A stretch of 64,000 nucleotides of DNA from Brevundimonas sp. (GCF_046295075.1 NZ_JBKBOC010000001.1:20802-84801); one strand, 5' to 3'. Numbered from the stretch's first letter, positions 51,551 through 61,179 are shown. Program-made: numbers and translations. The notes: generated from the sequence alone by a model not told the origin.

Positions 51551-53740
51551 TCAGAACTCGGCCGAGACCGACAGGCGGAACGTGCGCGGCGCGCCAAGCG
51601 TCAGATAGCCGGACGTCGGGGCATAGCCGCCCACGGCCACCCACTGATCCTCGTCGGCGAGGTTCTCGACCCGCGCGCGGACGGTCAGCGGCTTGCCGCC
51701 CGCCTCGAAGGCATAGCGCACGCCTGCATCGAACCGGGTCCAGGCGTCCAGCTCGACCGTATTGTCGGTGCTGACCGGCTGTTCGCCCGTGTAGACGACC
51801 CGCCCCTCCAGCGTCAGGCCGGCAACCATCGGCACGTCCCACTCCGCATTGAGATTGGCCTGGAACTCGGGCGAGCCGGTGGGGCGTAGGCCCGTGAGGT
51901 CGTCGGCTATGCCCGTGCCCGGCGTTTTCGTGATTTCCGCATCAAGCCAGGTCGCGCCGCCGATCAGGCGCAGGCCCGCGACCGGCTCCCCATACACACC
52001 CAGTTCCACGCCGGTGTTTTCCTGCTCGCCGTCAGCGCTGTAGATGCCGGTTCCCTCGTCAAAGAAGGCCTGGGGCTTGTTGGCCCGGAAGACGGCCAGA
52101 GTTCCACCGAACGATCCTGCATCATACTTCACCCCGGCCTCGATCTGCTCGGACCGGAACGCGGCAAGCACCTCGTTGGAATTTTCGACCGGCAGTCCAA
52201 GCACCTGCGCCGGCGTGATGCCGCCGGGCTGCAGCGCCTCGGCGTAGTTGGCGTAAAGCGAGAGGCGTTCGCTGGGCTTGAACACGACCGCAAAGGCCGG
52301 GGTCCAGGCATCATCTGTGTAGTCCGACAGCGCGGAGCCGGTGTTGTAGTCGAACGACCGCGTCTCGATCTCCTGATAGCGCACGCCGACCGTGGCCAGC
52401 ACGCGACCGTCCAAGAATGACATCATGTCCGCAAAGGCGATCGAACGGTTGTTCACCCGTTCCGTCACCAGCGGGTCGGACAGGTCGCCTCCGACGAAGA
52501 AGTCGGGCGTCGGCGCCGTCACGTCGATCGGGTCGTACAGATCGCTGGCGAAACCGGCGAAGTCCGAAAAGGCGTAGGCGTTCCTGGACTTGGACCGCAC
52601 CTGCGACGCCGAGGCCACCAGCCGGTGTCCGACCGGTCCGGTCGTCACGTCCGCGCGCAGGCCGACGTCGCCCGCCCACACCGTGTCTTCGCGCACATTG
52701 TCGAAGCGATAGGCGCTCAGCGACCCGTCCGCATTGGCGTTCGGATTGGCCAGGACGTTGTCCTCCTCGCCCCGACGCCCGCCGACGGCCGCCCAGGCGG
52801 TGACGCGGTCGGTCAGATCGAACTCGCCGCGCGCGGCGCCGAACAGTTGTTCGTCGTCGGTATAGGTCCAGGGCTGGGCGAAGTTGGCGTCGGCCGAGGG
52901 CGCCTCGGGCAACGCGCCGTTCGGCGTCACCTGCGGACGCGGCGCGTCGATGCGGTGATCCTGCCAGCCCAGGTCGGCCGAGAAGCGGGCGCGTTCGCCG
53001 CGACGATCCACGCCCAGACCCAGCACGCGCAGTTCGCTGTGCTGATCCTCGACCGCGCCCTCGCCCGCCCGGCTGACCATGTTCAGGCGCGCGCCCCAGG
53101 CGTCGTCGGCGCCGAAACGCCGCGCCAGATCGGCGGCGGCGTAAATCTCGTCGCCGCCTTCCCATCCGGCCGTCAGACGGTTCAGGTCCGCGCCCGTCGC
53201 GCGCTTGGGCACCAGGTTGAAGGCGCCGCCCACGCCACTGCCGCCCGGCGCCGCGCCGTTCAGAAACGCCGTGGCCCCGTGGAAGACCTCGACCCGCTCA
53301 AGCAGTTCCGGCGCCACATATTGGCGCGGCAGCACGCCGTACAGGCCGTTGTAGGTCATGTCGTCCGAGTAAACCGGGAAGCCCCGGATCAGATAGACTT
53401 CCTGGAAATTGCCGAACCCCTTGGTCACGCGCACAGCCGGATCGTTCTGCAGCACGTCGCCGACGCTGCGCGCCTGCTGGTCGCGGATCAGGGTCTCGGT
53501 ATAGCTGGTCACGTTGAACGGCGTGTCCATCGTGTCCAGCGCGCCGAACAGGCCGACACGGCCGCCCCGCGCCACCTGACCGCCGGCGTAGACGCCGGGC
53601 AGACCGACCTGCGACCCGCCGGTGACGACGATCTCGCCCAGTTCCGCCACGTTCGGCTGAACCTGCTGCGCCAGGGCGGGCGTGGCGGCGGCCAGGGCCA
53701 GGCTGCTGACGGCGCAGGCGAGACGGGAAAAACGGATCAT
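51551..53740 (-). CDS. TonB-dependent siderophore receptor
   Basis: Signal peptide, plug (DTPFNVTSYT, IRGF, ERVEVFHG) and C-terminal PRTFRLSVSAEF. Confidence 0.93.
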   Translation of the reverse strand: MIRFSRLACAVSSLALAAATPALAQQVQPNVAELGEIVVTGGSQVGLPGVYAGGQVARGGRVGLFGALDTMDTPFNVTSYTETLIRDQQARSVGDVLQNDPAVRVTKGFGNFQEVYLIRGFPVYSDDMTYNGLYGVLPRQYVAPELLERVEVFHGATAFLNGAAPGGSGVGGAFNLVPKRATGADLNRLTAGWEGGDEIYAAADLARRFGADDAWGARLNMVSRAGEGAVEDQHSELRVLGLGVDRRGERARFSADLGWQDHRIDAPRPQVTPNGALPEAPSADANFAQPWTYTDDEQLFGAARGEFDLTDRVTAWAAVGGRRGEEDNVLANPNANADGSLSAYRFDNVREDTVWAGDVGLRADVTTGPVGHRLVASASQVRSKSRNAYAFSDFAGFASDLYDPIDVTAPTPDFFVGGDLSDPLVTERVNNRSIAFADMMSFLDGRVLATVGVRYQEIETRSFDYNTGSALSDYTDDAWTPAFAVVFKPSERLSLYANYAEALQPGGITPAQVLGLPVENSNEVLAAFRSEQIEAGVKYDAGSFGGTLAVFRANKPQAFFDEGTGIYSADGEQENTGVELGVYGEPVAGLRLIGGATWLDAEITKTPGTGIADDLTGLRPTGSPEFQANLNAEWDVPMVAGLTLEGRVVYTGEQPVSTDNTVELDAWTRFDAGVRYAFEAGGKPLTVRARVENLADEDQWVAVGGYAPTSGYLTLGAPRTFRLSVSAEF

Positions 53741-53743
53741 GGA

Positions 53744-53808
53744 TTGCAACGCATTATCAACGCAGGGAGGAAGGCGCTCCCATACGCCTCGTTGCGACTG
53801 GCTTGCAA
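53744..53808. promoter_or_regulatory. Two candidate Fur-type boxes (TGCAA-N8-CAA at 53745-53760; TGCGA-N8-CAA at 53793-53808)
   Basis: Two identically spaced motifs immediately upstream of a siderophore receptor. Confidence 0.55.
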
Positions 53809-53907
53809 TGGCAGAGGCCTGGGTTGCGACATTTTGCGGTTGGGCTGCCTTGCTTTTCGCCCTCGCCCAAGGGCCTCATGACGCCGACACTTCTAAAGGC
53901 GCCCGCC

Positions 53908-54840
53908 ATGCTGATGCTGATCCCAGCCCTTTTCGCCGCCAGCCTGCTCGCCGGTCCGGCCTCGACCGAGATCGCCCTGCCGTCACAGCCCGCGCCGCTT
54001 CATGGAACCCTGCTGGCGCCCGACAGCGCCACGGCCGTCGCCGTCATCCTGCCCGGCTCCGGCCCGACGGATCGGGATGGGAACAGCCCGCTGGGCGTCT
54101 CGGCCTCGACCTATCGCCTGCTGGCCGAAGGTCTGGCGCAACAGGGGATCGCCACCGTCCGCATCGACAAGCGCGGCATCGCCGCCAGCGCGGCGGCGGG
54201 TCCGGCCGAAGCCGATCTGCGCTTCGACGCCTATGCCGCCGACGCCCGCGCCTGGGCGACGGAGGCCGCTTCGCGCGCGGGCCTGCCCTGCGCCTGGCTG
54301 ATCGGCCACAGCGAGGGCGCCCTGGTCGCCCTGAAGGCGGTCGAAAACGACGACAAGATTTGCGGTCTGGTCCTGCTGTCCGGCGCCGGTCGTCCGGCGG
54401 GGGCGGTGCTGCGCGAACAGCTGGCCACCCTGCCCGAGCCGATGAAGACCCAGGCCTTCGCCGCCCTGACCGAGCTTGAGGCCGGTCGCACCGTCGCCGA
54501 CACGCCGCCCGCGCTGGCGGCCCTGTTCCGCCCCTCGGTCCAGCCCTATCTGATCTCGTGGCTGCCGCTGGACCCCGCCGCCCTGCTCGCCGCCTACGAC
54601 GGCCCGGTCTTCATCGGCCAGGGGACCACCGACCTCCAGATCAGCGTCGCGGACGCCCAGGCCCTGGCCGCCGCCGACCCCAAGGCCACGCTGAAACTCT
54701 GGGACGGCGTCAACCACCTCCTCAAGACCGCCCCCGCCGACCGGGCGGCGAATATGGCGACCTATGCCGACCCGGCGCTGCCGCTCGCGCCGGGCGTGGC
54801 GGAGGATGTGGGGGCGTTCATTCGGGCGAATGGGCGTTGA
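53908..54840 (+). CDS. Secreted alpha/beta hydrolase (start could be 53878)
   Basis: Motifs PGSGPTDRDGN, GHSEG nucleophile and NHLLK. Confidence 0.87.
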   Translation: MLMLIPALFAASLLAGPASTEIALPSQPAPLHGTLLAPDSATAVAVILPGSGPTDRDGNSPLGVSASTYRLLAEGLAQQGIATVRIDKRGIAASAAAGPAEADLRFDAYAADARAWATEAASRAGLPCAWLIGHSEGALVALKAVENDDKICGLVLLSGAGRPAGAVLREQLATLPEPMKTQAFAALTELEAGRTVADTPPALAALFRPSVQPYLISWLPLDPAALLAAYDGPVFIGQGTTDLQISVADAQALAAADPKATLKLWDGVNHLLKTAPADRAANMATYADPALPLAPGVAEDVGAFIRANGR

Positions 54841-54960
54841 GCGCGGCTTTGAGCGGACGTTCCGAACGTCAGCTAGGGGCGGGAAGCGCACATCGCGACC
54901 GAAGAAGTTCGTGGAGATGAAAAGGGGTGTGGCCTGTTAGGGTAGGGTTGGAGGGCGAAA

Positions 54961-55905
54961 ATGCTGACTGAACCCGAGCTGTTTGAAATCTTTCACCAGA
55001 GAGCGGCGTTGCGCATCGCTCAAGCTAGAAACCAAGGACAACGGTTCGCCTATTATACGAACGGGGCGACTGCAAAAGACATCTTAGCAAACAGCGAGAT
55101 ATGGCTGCGCTCGCCCTCGTGCATGAACGACTTCAGCGAGGTCAGGCATGGCTACGACATGTTCATTAGAAACTGGTCATCTCCCAAGGGAATCGGCCTT
55201 CGAGCCACGCTGCAAACGATCCACCCGGGCACTGCTGATCGGTTATTCAACCATATCACCAGCAATTCTCTGAGACAGCTGTTCGCTGAGACCTTTATTG
55301 CGTGCGTCTCGGAGCACGATGCTAAGGACGATGAGCATGGCAGGCTTTCGATGTGGCGTGCCTATGCGGCCCAAACCGGCATCGCGATGGTGTTTTCTGG
55401 CGAGATATTTGCCGTAGAGGACGATGGGTTCGGCGCTTATTACAGTCCGGTCGAATACATGTCTGAAATCGAATTTTCAGACGAGTTCGAGAAGCTGGCG
55501 AACAGACTGCTCGCCAACGTAGACGAGTTGAAGCGTCTTTCGCCGGACGACTTCTTCACCTGCATCTACCACGCCGCACTCATGGCCATGCTGTGCGTCA
55601 AGCACCCAGGCTTTAGGGAGGAGCGGGAGTGGAGAATTTTCTCGATTGATCCAACCAATCTGGGCCTGCTGACGAGGTCAATAGAGGTGGTCGGTGGCGT
55701 GCCACAGCCGGTGTTGAAACTACCCATGGTGACGCAAGCACAAGGCCGTTCTGCGTTAGATAAACTTGAAAGACTACTTATTGGACCAACGCAGTATCCT
55801 GTAGCTGTTCGGTCAGCGATGTTGGAATTACTAACGCAAAAAGGCGTCAACAACCCTTCGGCCGTCGTGCATTTGACAGGGATTCCTTTGCGCCAGAATT
55901 CCTAA
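54961..55905 (+). CDS. DUF2971-like protein, low GC
   Basis: Motifs YYT...MNDFSE, ACVSE...LSMWRAYA and KHPGFREEREWR. One 60-nt line counted at about 50% GC. Confidence 0.8.
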   Translation: MLTEPELFEIFHQRAALRIAQARNQGQRFAYYTNGATAKDILANSEIWLRSPSCMNDFSEVRHGYDMFIRNWSSPKGIGLRATLQTIHPGTADRLFNHITSNSLRQLFAETFIACVSEHDAKDDEHGRLSMWRAYAAQTGIAMVFSGEIFAVEDDGFGAYYSPVEYMSEIEFSDEFEKLANRLLANVDELKRLSPDDFFTCIYHAALMAMLCVKHPGFREEREWRIFSIDPTNLGLLTRSIEVVGGVPQPVLKLPMVTQAQGRSALDKLERLLIGPTQYPVAVRSAMLELLTQKGVNNPSAVVHLTGIPLRQNS

Positions 55906-55958
55906 GCGGTGTTGCCAAGCTGGCTGATCGGTTGCTCTGTAATACCATTGCCTCAATA

Positions 55959-56699
55959 TCAAATCCCCTCCCCCAACCCTCCCCGCGCCTCATCCGCCAA
56001 CGCAAAGAACCGCTCCCGCACTTCGGCCGCAAAGGGGTTGTCGCGTTCGATGGCGCGGAAGACGGCGGGGCTGTCGTGGCGGACCATGTCGACGGCCTGC
56101 ATCAGCCGGTCGAAGCTGGCGGTGGTCATGCGCGTGGGCAGGGGCTCCATGGCCATCAGGACGCGGGCGATCAGGTGGGTCAGGCCCTGGACGGTGGCGG
56201 CCTCGCGGTCGTGATCCTCGGGACTGACCTGAAACACTTTCAGCCCTAGCGCGCGGCGGCAGAAGGCGGCGACGCGGCGGGCGTCCTTTCCGCCCCGCAC
56301 CTCGCACACGGCGATACGCAGGCCGGCGATGCCGTCCTTGCCGCTCTGCGGGCCGAACAGCGGGTGGGTGCCGACGATCCGCACGCCGGGCGGCAGCAGG
56401 GCGTCCATCGCCTGCGCCGGCTTCACCTTCACCGACCCCACGTCGACGACCAGGGCGGCGGGCGCCAGATGCGGGCGGATGGCGATCAGCGTCGCCTCCA
56501 GCGCCTCGACCGGCACGGCCAGCACCACCGTCGGACAGGCCGCAGCGGTCGCCAAGTCGGTCAGGGTCGCGACGCCCTCTGCGTCAGTCGCCGCCGGATC
56601 ATGGGCGAGGATGTCGCACCAGGGCGACAGATGCCGCGCCGTCAGCCGCCCGAAGGCGCCGAAGCCGATCAGGCCGAGCTTTTCCTTTTCCCCCGTCAC
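55959..56699 (-). CDS. Prephenate/arogenate dehydrogenase family protein
   Basis: Rossmann GLIGFGAFG, DVGSVK, GTHPLFGP and EDHDRE.A..QGLTH. Confidence 0.88.
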   Translation of the reverse strand: MTGEKEKLGLIGFGAFGRLTARHLSPWCDILAHDPAATDAEGVATLTDLATAAACPTVVLAVPVEALEATLIAIRPHLAPAALVVDVGSVKVKPAQAMDALLPPGVRIVGTHPLFGPQSGKDGIAGLRIAVCEVRGGKDARRVAAFCRRALGLKVFQVSPEDHDREAATVQGLTHLIARVLMAMEPLPTRMTTASFDRLMQAVDMVRHDSPAVFRAIERDNPFAAEVRERFFALADEARGGLGEGI

Positions 56700-56826
56700 C
56701 CTCGGGCTTGTCCCGAGGGCCTACGGCGGATGTCCCCCGAACCGCGACGCGGACGCGACGGCGCGTCACCCCCCGTCACCGTGTGCGCGGAACGGTGGGC
56801 CCTCGGGACGAGCCCGAGGGTGACGG
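56693..56826. repeat. REP/REPIN-like element, family A copy 7
   Basis: Ends ccgtcaccctcgggcttgtcccgagggcc ... gggccctcgggacgagcccgagggtgacgg. Confidence 0.9.
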
Positions 56827-56841
56827 ACCTTATGTGCAGCC

Positions 56842-58173
56842 TCACAACGTCTCCATGAACCGCACCGGCCGGCCGTGGGCTGATCCGATCAGCTCGCCGT
56901 CCTGCATCACCACCCGGCCGCGCACGATGGTCGCCATCGGCCAGCCGGTCGCCTCGACCCCGTCGAATGGGGTCCAGCCGCAGCGCGTCGCCTGCTGGTC
57001 GTGCGTGATCGTCCGCTTCGCCTTCAGGTCGACGATGGTCAGGTCCGCGTCATAGCTGACGGCCATCCGCCCCTTGTTGGCCGTGCCGAACACCCGCTGC
57101 GCCCCCGCAGAGGTCAGGTCGATGAACCGCTCCAGGCTCAGCCGCCCGTTTGCCACATGCGTCAGCATCAGGGGCACCAGCGTCTGCACCCCCGGCATGC
57201 CGGACGGCGAGGCCGGATAGGGCTTGGCCTTCTCCTCCTTGGTATGCGGCGCGTGGTCGGATCCCAGCACGTCGGCGACGCCCTGCTGCATGCCCCACAG
57301 CCACAGGGCGTCCACATGCTCCTGCGACCGGATCGGCGGGTTCATCTGGGCGTAGCTGCCCAGCCGCTCATAGGCCTCGGGCGCGACCAGGGTCAGGTGC
57401 TGGGGCGTGATCTCGACGGTGGCGACATCCTTGTGGAAGCGCAGATACTCCATCTCGTCTTTGGTCGTGACGTGCAGCACGTGGATGCGCGCCCCCGTTT
57501 CCTTGGCCAGGCCGACCAGGCGGCGGGTCGAGCGGATGGCGCTCTCAGCGTCGCGGACCTCGGGGTGGCTGGTCCAGTCGCCGGTGCGGGCGAGACCCCG
57601 CCGTTCGACCAGCCGGTATTCGTCCTCGGAATGGAAGGTGGCGCGGCGGCGCACGTTCGACAGAACCTTTCGCACCCCCTCGTCATCGGCGATCAGCAGG
57701 TCGCCGGTCGAGGCGCCCATGAAGACCTTGACCCCGCAGCAGCCGGGCAGCCGCTCCAACTCACCCAGATAGTCTGCGTTCTCGTGCGTGCCGCCGACGT
57801 AAAAGGCGTGGTCGGTCCACATCCGGTCCTTCGCCCGCACCAGCTTGTCGGCCATGGTGTCGGGATCGGTGGTGTTGGGATTGGTGTTCGGCATCTCGAA
57901 CACGGCGACGACGCCGCCCAGGGCCGCCGCGCGCGTGCCGGTCTCCAGATCTTCCTTCCACTCCAGCCCCGGCTCTCGGAAGTGGACCTGGGTGTCGATC
58001 ACGCCCGGCAGCACGGTCAGCCCGGTCGCGTCGAAGCTCTCGCCGGCCGAGGCCTGAGACAGGTCGCCGATGAAGGCGATCTTGCCGTCGATCACCCCGA
58101 CGTCGGCCCGGCCCCGCCCCGCGTGATTGGCCACCTCGCCGCCACGGACGATCAGGTCATAGGTCTGGGTCAT
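56842..58173 (-). CDS. pyrC: Dihydroorotase
   Basis: Motifs PGVIDTQVHFREPG, EMPNT, IHVLH, GSDHAPH and SGMPGVQT. Confidence 0.92.
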   Translation of the reverse strand: MTQTYDLIVRGGEVANHAGRGRADVGVIDGKIAFIGDLSQASAGESFDATGLTVLPGVIDTQVHFREPGLEWKEDLETGTRAAALGGVVAVFEMPNTNPNTTDPDTMADKLVRAKDRMWTDHAFYVGGTHENADYLGELERLPGCCGVKVFMGASTGDLLIADDEGVRKVLSNVRRRATFHSEDEYRLVERRGLARTGDWTSHPEVRDAESAIRSTRRLVGLAKETGARIHVLHVTTKDEMEYLRFHKDVATVEITPQHLTLVAPEAYERLGSYAQMNPPIRSQEHVDALWLWGMQQGVADVLGSDHAPHTKEEKAKPYPASPSGMPGVQTLVPLMLTHVANGRLSLERFIDLTSAGAQRVFGTANKGRMAVSYDADLTIVDLKAKRTITHDQQATRCGWTPFDGVEATGWPMATIVRGRVVMQDGELIGSAHGRPVRFMETL

Positions 58174-58247
58174 GGGGCGGGCTCCTGCGGCTGGTCGCCC
58201 CGGTTCTAGCGGATGCCGCGCCGATCATGAAGGCCGCTAAACACTCT

Positions 58248-58388
58248 CCCTCCCCGTTCGGGGAGGGTGGTCGAGCCGCAGGCGAGACCGTATGGGGAGG
58301 GCCAAGTGAAACGGCGTGGTCTGTCGCAGGGTTGCTCGCCGCCCCCACCCGGCCGCTTCGCGGCCACCCTCCCCGAACGGGGAGGGAG
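58248..58388. repeat. Palindromic intergenic element, family B copy 2
   Basis: Terminal hairpins ccctccccgttcggggaggg and ccctccccgaacggggaggg; internal gagccgcaggcga. Confidence 0.85.
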
Positions 58389-58395
58389 ATCGGGT

Positions 58396-59361
58396 TCAGC
58401 CCCGCGCCTTCAACATCCGCGTCGCCGCCTTCAGCACCCGTTCCCACGGCAGGTCCATCATATGCTGGATCGCCTGGTTCAGGCGCGGATCCAGCGTCTT
58501 GAACTCGTCATAGCTGCGCGGCCCGCGCACAGCCTCGCCCTTCCACGGCCCGCGCGTGGTCTCATCCGACGGGCCGAACACCGCCACCACCGGCGCGCCC
58601 GAGGCCGTCGCCAGATGGGTCCAGATCGAATCTGCACCCACGTACAGCGCCGATTTCGACAGGGCCGCCACCGTCTGCAGCCGGGTCAGCCTGCCCTGCA
58701 GCTCGATCACCCGCGCGCGCGGCACGGCGTAGCGGATGGTGTGCGCCGCCTCGCGGTCGATCTCCTCGCCCACGATCATCAGCCGCCCGCCCGCCAGCGG
58801 CCCGTCGTCGGCCAGCAGCTTGGCCGCCACCTTGGCGTAGCGTTCGGCAGGCCAGCGCTTGCCCATCCATTCGACGCCCGGCCCGACCGCAAGGATCGGA
58901 CCATCTCCGCCTGTCGCGGGGATCAGCGCCTCGACCTGCGCCCGCGTCTCGTCCGACACATAAAGCCTCGGCCCCGGAATCTCCTCCGGCTCCAGCTTCA
59001 GCACCGCCGCCGCCGCCTCGACCGCATGCAGACCCGGCTGATCCTTGCCCCGCACCGCCCGCTTGTGCCGCCTCAGCTTGCCCGACAGGTCCGAGCCGCG
59101 CATGTCGACGACCAGGCCCCATTTGGTCCCGCGCACCTGGTTCCACAGAGCGATCCATTCGAAATGGCCCTCGCGCTCCAGCACGATCAGCTTGGTCAGG
59201 CGTGGCGTATCGGCGAACAGCGGCGCGCTGGCGGCCGATCCGACGATGGTGAAGGTCGCATGCGACAGGCTCTCGACCAGATGCGCCAGCACGCCCGAGG
59301 ACAGCACGGCGTCCTCGGCATCCGCCTCGGCGATATACAGGATGGGAAACCGCCCGATCAT
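58396..59361 (-). CDS. Glycosyltransferase family 9-like protein
   Basis: Pattern EDAVLSS, VVDMRGS, KRWPAERY and YVGADS..THLA.A.G.P.VAVFGP. Confidence 0.8.
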   Translation of the reverse strand: MIGRFPILYIAEADAEDAVLSSGVLAHLVESLSHATFTIVGSAASAPLFADTPRLTKLIVLEREGHFEWIALWNQVRGTKWGLVVDMRGSDLSGKLRRHKRAVRGKDQPGLHAVEAAAAVLKLEPEEIPGPRLYVSDETRAQVEALIPATGGDGPILAVGPGVEWMGKRWPAERYAKVAAKLLADDGPLAGGRLMIVGEEIDREAAHTIRYAVPRARVIELQGRLTRLQTVAALSKSALYVGADSIWTHLATASGAPVVAVFGPSDETTRGPWKGEAVRGPRSYDEFKTLDPRLNQAIQHMMDLPWERVLKAATRMLKARG

Positions 59362-59447
59362 CCGTTGACGGATACAGGGATTCTATCGGGGGTTCAGCGT
59401 CAAACGCAGGTTTCCACAGGCAGGCGCGATAGGTTAAAGCCCCGGCC

Positions 59448-59666
59448 ATGATCCAGACGCCCGATCCAGCAGCAGCCGCCGCCCTCGAACGCTTCAAGGC
59501 TCAGCGCGTCACGGCCATCTATCGGCTGGACCTGATCGCCAAGGGCGCGACCATTTCCTACGAGGACGGCACGCCCATCGACATGGCGTCCGAAAAGTCC
59601 CGGCTCGAAACCGTCGTCGCCGACATGGACCGCCGCATCGCCCAGCTGGAACGCGCGCTTGGATAA
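59448..59666 (+). CDS. Small hypothetical protein (72 aa) with C-terminal coiled coil
   Basis: Host-like codon usage; fills the intergenic gap. Confidence 0.7.
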   Translation: MIQTPDPAAAAALERFKAQRVTAIYRLDLIAKGATISYEDGTPIDMASEKSRLETVVADMDRRIAQLERALG

Positions 59667-59736
59667 GCGCGACATGACCAAGGCTTAACTTGCCGCCCGC
59701 GTCGCATCGTGGCCCTCCTTGAGCTCGGAGGACCCC

Positions 59737-60585
59737 ATGTTCGCACTCGCCACGGCCCTGATACTCGCCGCCACGGACCCGTCCTGCCTGGCGCTTGAGC
59801 GCGGCGATGGCGGCAGCCCGGTCATCCAGGCCCGCATCAATGGACAGGGGCCTTTCGCCTTCGTTCTCGATACGGCCTCCAGCGGCACCACCCTGGACGC
59901 CCCGCGCATCGCCCTGTTGCATCCGCCGCGCGAGCCGGCGCCGGACCAGGCCCAGGGCATGGGCGGCGCCGTGCAGGTCGATCTCTATCGCATCGCCACC
60001 TTTGAGGCCGGACCGATCCAGATGCGCGATTTCGTCTCGCCCGAGATCGACCCTCCGGGCTTCGACAGCCACGACATCGCGGGCTTGGCCGGCGTCGATC
60101 TGTTCGGCGAGACCATGGCGGTCTGGCGGCCGGCGCAGGCCTGTGTCTCCGTGCGTCCCAGCGGCGGCACCGACGCCGATTGGGTCTCAATCCCCACAGA
60201 CTGGCAGCGCCCCTGGCGTATCCTGCTGCCGGTACGCATCGGCGACACGACCGGCTGGGGTCTGCTGGACACCGGCGCCCAGCACACCACACTGAACCCC
60301 GCCTTCGCCGCCGCCCTGCACATCAAGGCGGACGCCCTGCCCTCGGGCGGTCAGATCACCGGGATCGACGGCGAACCGCTGGATCTGGGTCAGGCCCGGA
60401 TCGAGGATGTGGAGATCGGTCGCTGGCGCTGGCCGACGACGCCGGTCAAGGTCGGCGCCCTGCCCGTGTTCGACCGCCTGGGCCCATCCGACACGCCGTT
60501 GGCCATCATCGGCATCGACTGGCTGGGCGACAGGGGCTTCGCCATCGACTATGGAGCGCAAAAGGTCTGGCAGACGCCGGGCTGA
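59737..60585 (+). CDS. Secreted two-domain retropepsin-like aspartyl protease
   Basis: GGAGG RBS, signal peptide and two catalytic motifs (FVLDTAS, LLDTGA). Confidence 0.88.
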   Translation: MFALATALILAATDPSCLALERGDGGSPVIQARINGQGPFAFVLDTASSGTTLDAPRIALLHPPREPAPDQAQGMGGAVQVDLYRIATFEAGPIQMRDFVSPEIDPPGFDSHDIAGLAGVDLFGETMAVWRPAQACVSVRPSGGTDADWVSIPTDWQRPWRILLPVRIGDTTGWGLLDTGAQHTTLNPAFAAALHIKADALPSGGQITGIDGEPLDLGQARIEDVEIGRWRWPTTPVKVGALPVFDRLGPSDTPLAIIGIDWLGDRGFAIDYGAQKVWQTPG

Positions 60586-60598
60586 CGATTCCGGCGCG

Positions 60599-61168
60599 AT
60601 GACCTCACTTCCCCTCCTCCCCGGCCGGACCTGCGGCGGTTGCGTCGAATGCTGCCGGGTCATTCCGCTGGACCTGCCGGAACTGGCCAAGCCGACCGGC
60701 GAACTGTGCGCCTATTGCGTCGACGGCGCGGGCTGTTCGGTCCACGCGATCCGGCCCCAAACCTGTCGCATCTGGTTCTGCCTGTGGCGCGTGGTCGAGT
60801 TGTCAGACGACTGGCGGCCGGACCACAGCGGCGTCATCGTCCGCCCCGACGGGGTCGAGGACGGGATCATCACCCTGTATGTCCTGCGCCGTTCGGACTT
60901 CCTGGCCTCGCCAGAGTTCTTCATGACCGTCGCCGGCTGGATCGCCGAGGGGATCGAGGTGGCACTGAGCATTCCCGGCCCGGTCGGGACCTATCCGGCC
61001 CGCGCCGTCGTCACCGACTGGCTGCGCCCGGCGATCGAGGACGGCGACCCCGCCGCCTTCCTGGCCCGCGTCCTGCGCTCGCTGGACACCCTGGCCGAGC
61101 ATGACTTCCAGCCCGACGGCGTCGTTGCACGATACGCCGTGACAACCCAGGATGGCCCACCCGCTTAG
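60599..61168 (+). CDS. YkgJ-like cysteine-cluster protein
   Basis: Pattern CGGCVECC...C..C...C..H..RP.TC..W.C.W. Confidence 0.8.
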   Translation: MTSLPLLPGRTCGGCVECCRVIPLDLPELAKPTGELCAYCVDGAGCSVHAIRPQTCRIWFCLWRVVELSDDWRPDHSGVIVRPDGVEDGIITLYVLRRSDFLASPEFFMTVAGWIAEGIEVALSIPGPVGTYPARAVVTDWLRPAIEDGDPAAFLARVLRSLDTLAEHDFQPDGVVARYAVTTQDGPPA

Positions 61169-61179
61169 CCGAAGCTTAA
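61165..61179. promoter_or_regulatory. Candidate CtrA site TTAG-N7-TTAA
   Basis: One mismatch to TTAA-N7-TTAA, about 57 nt upstream of the next ATG. Confidence 0.4.
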
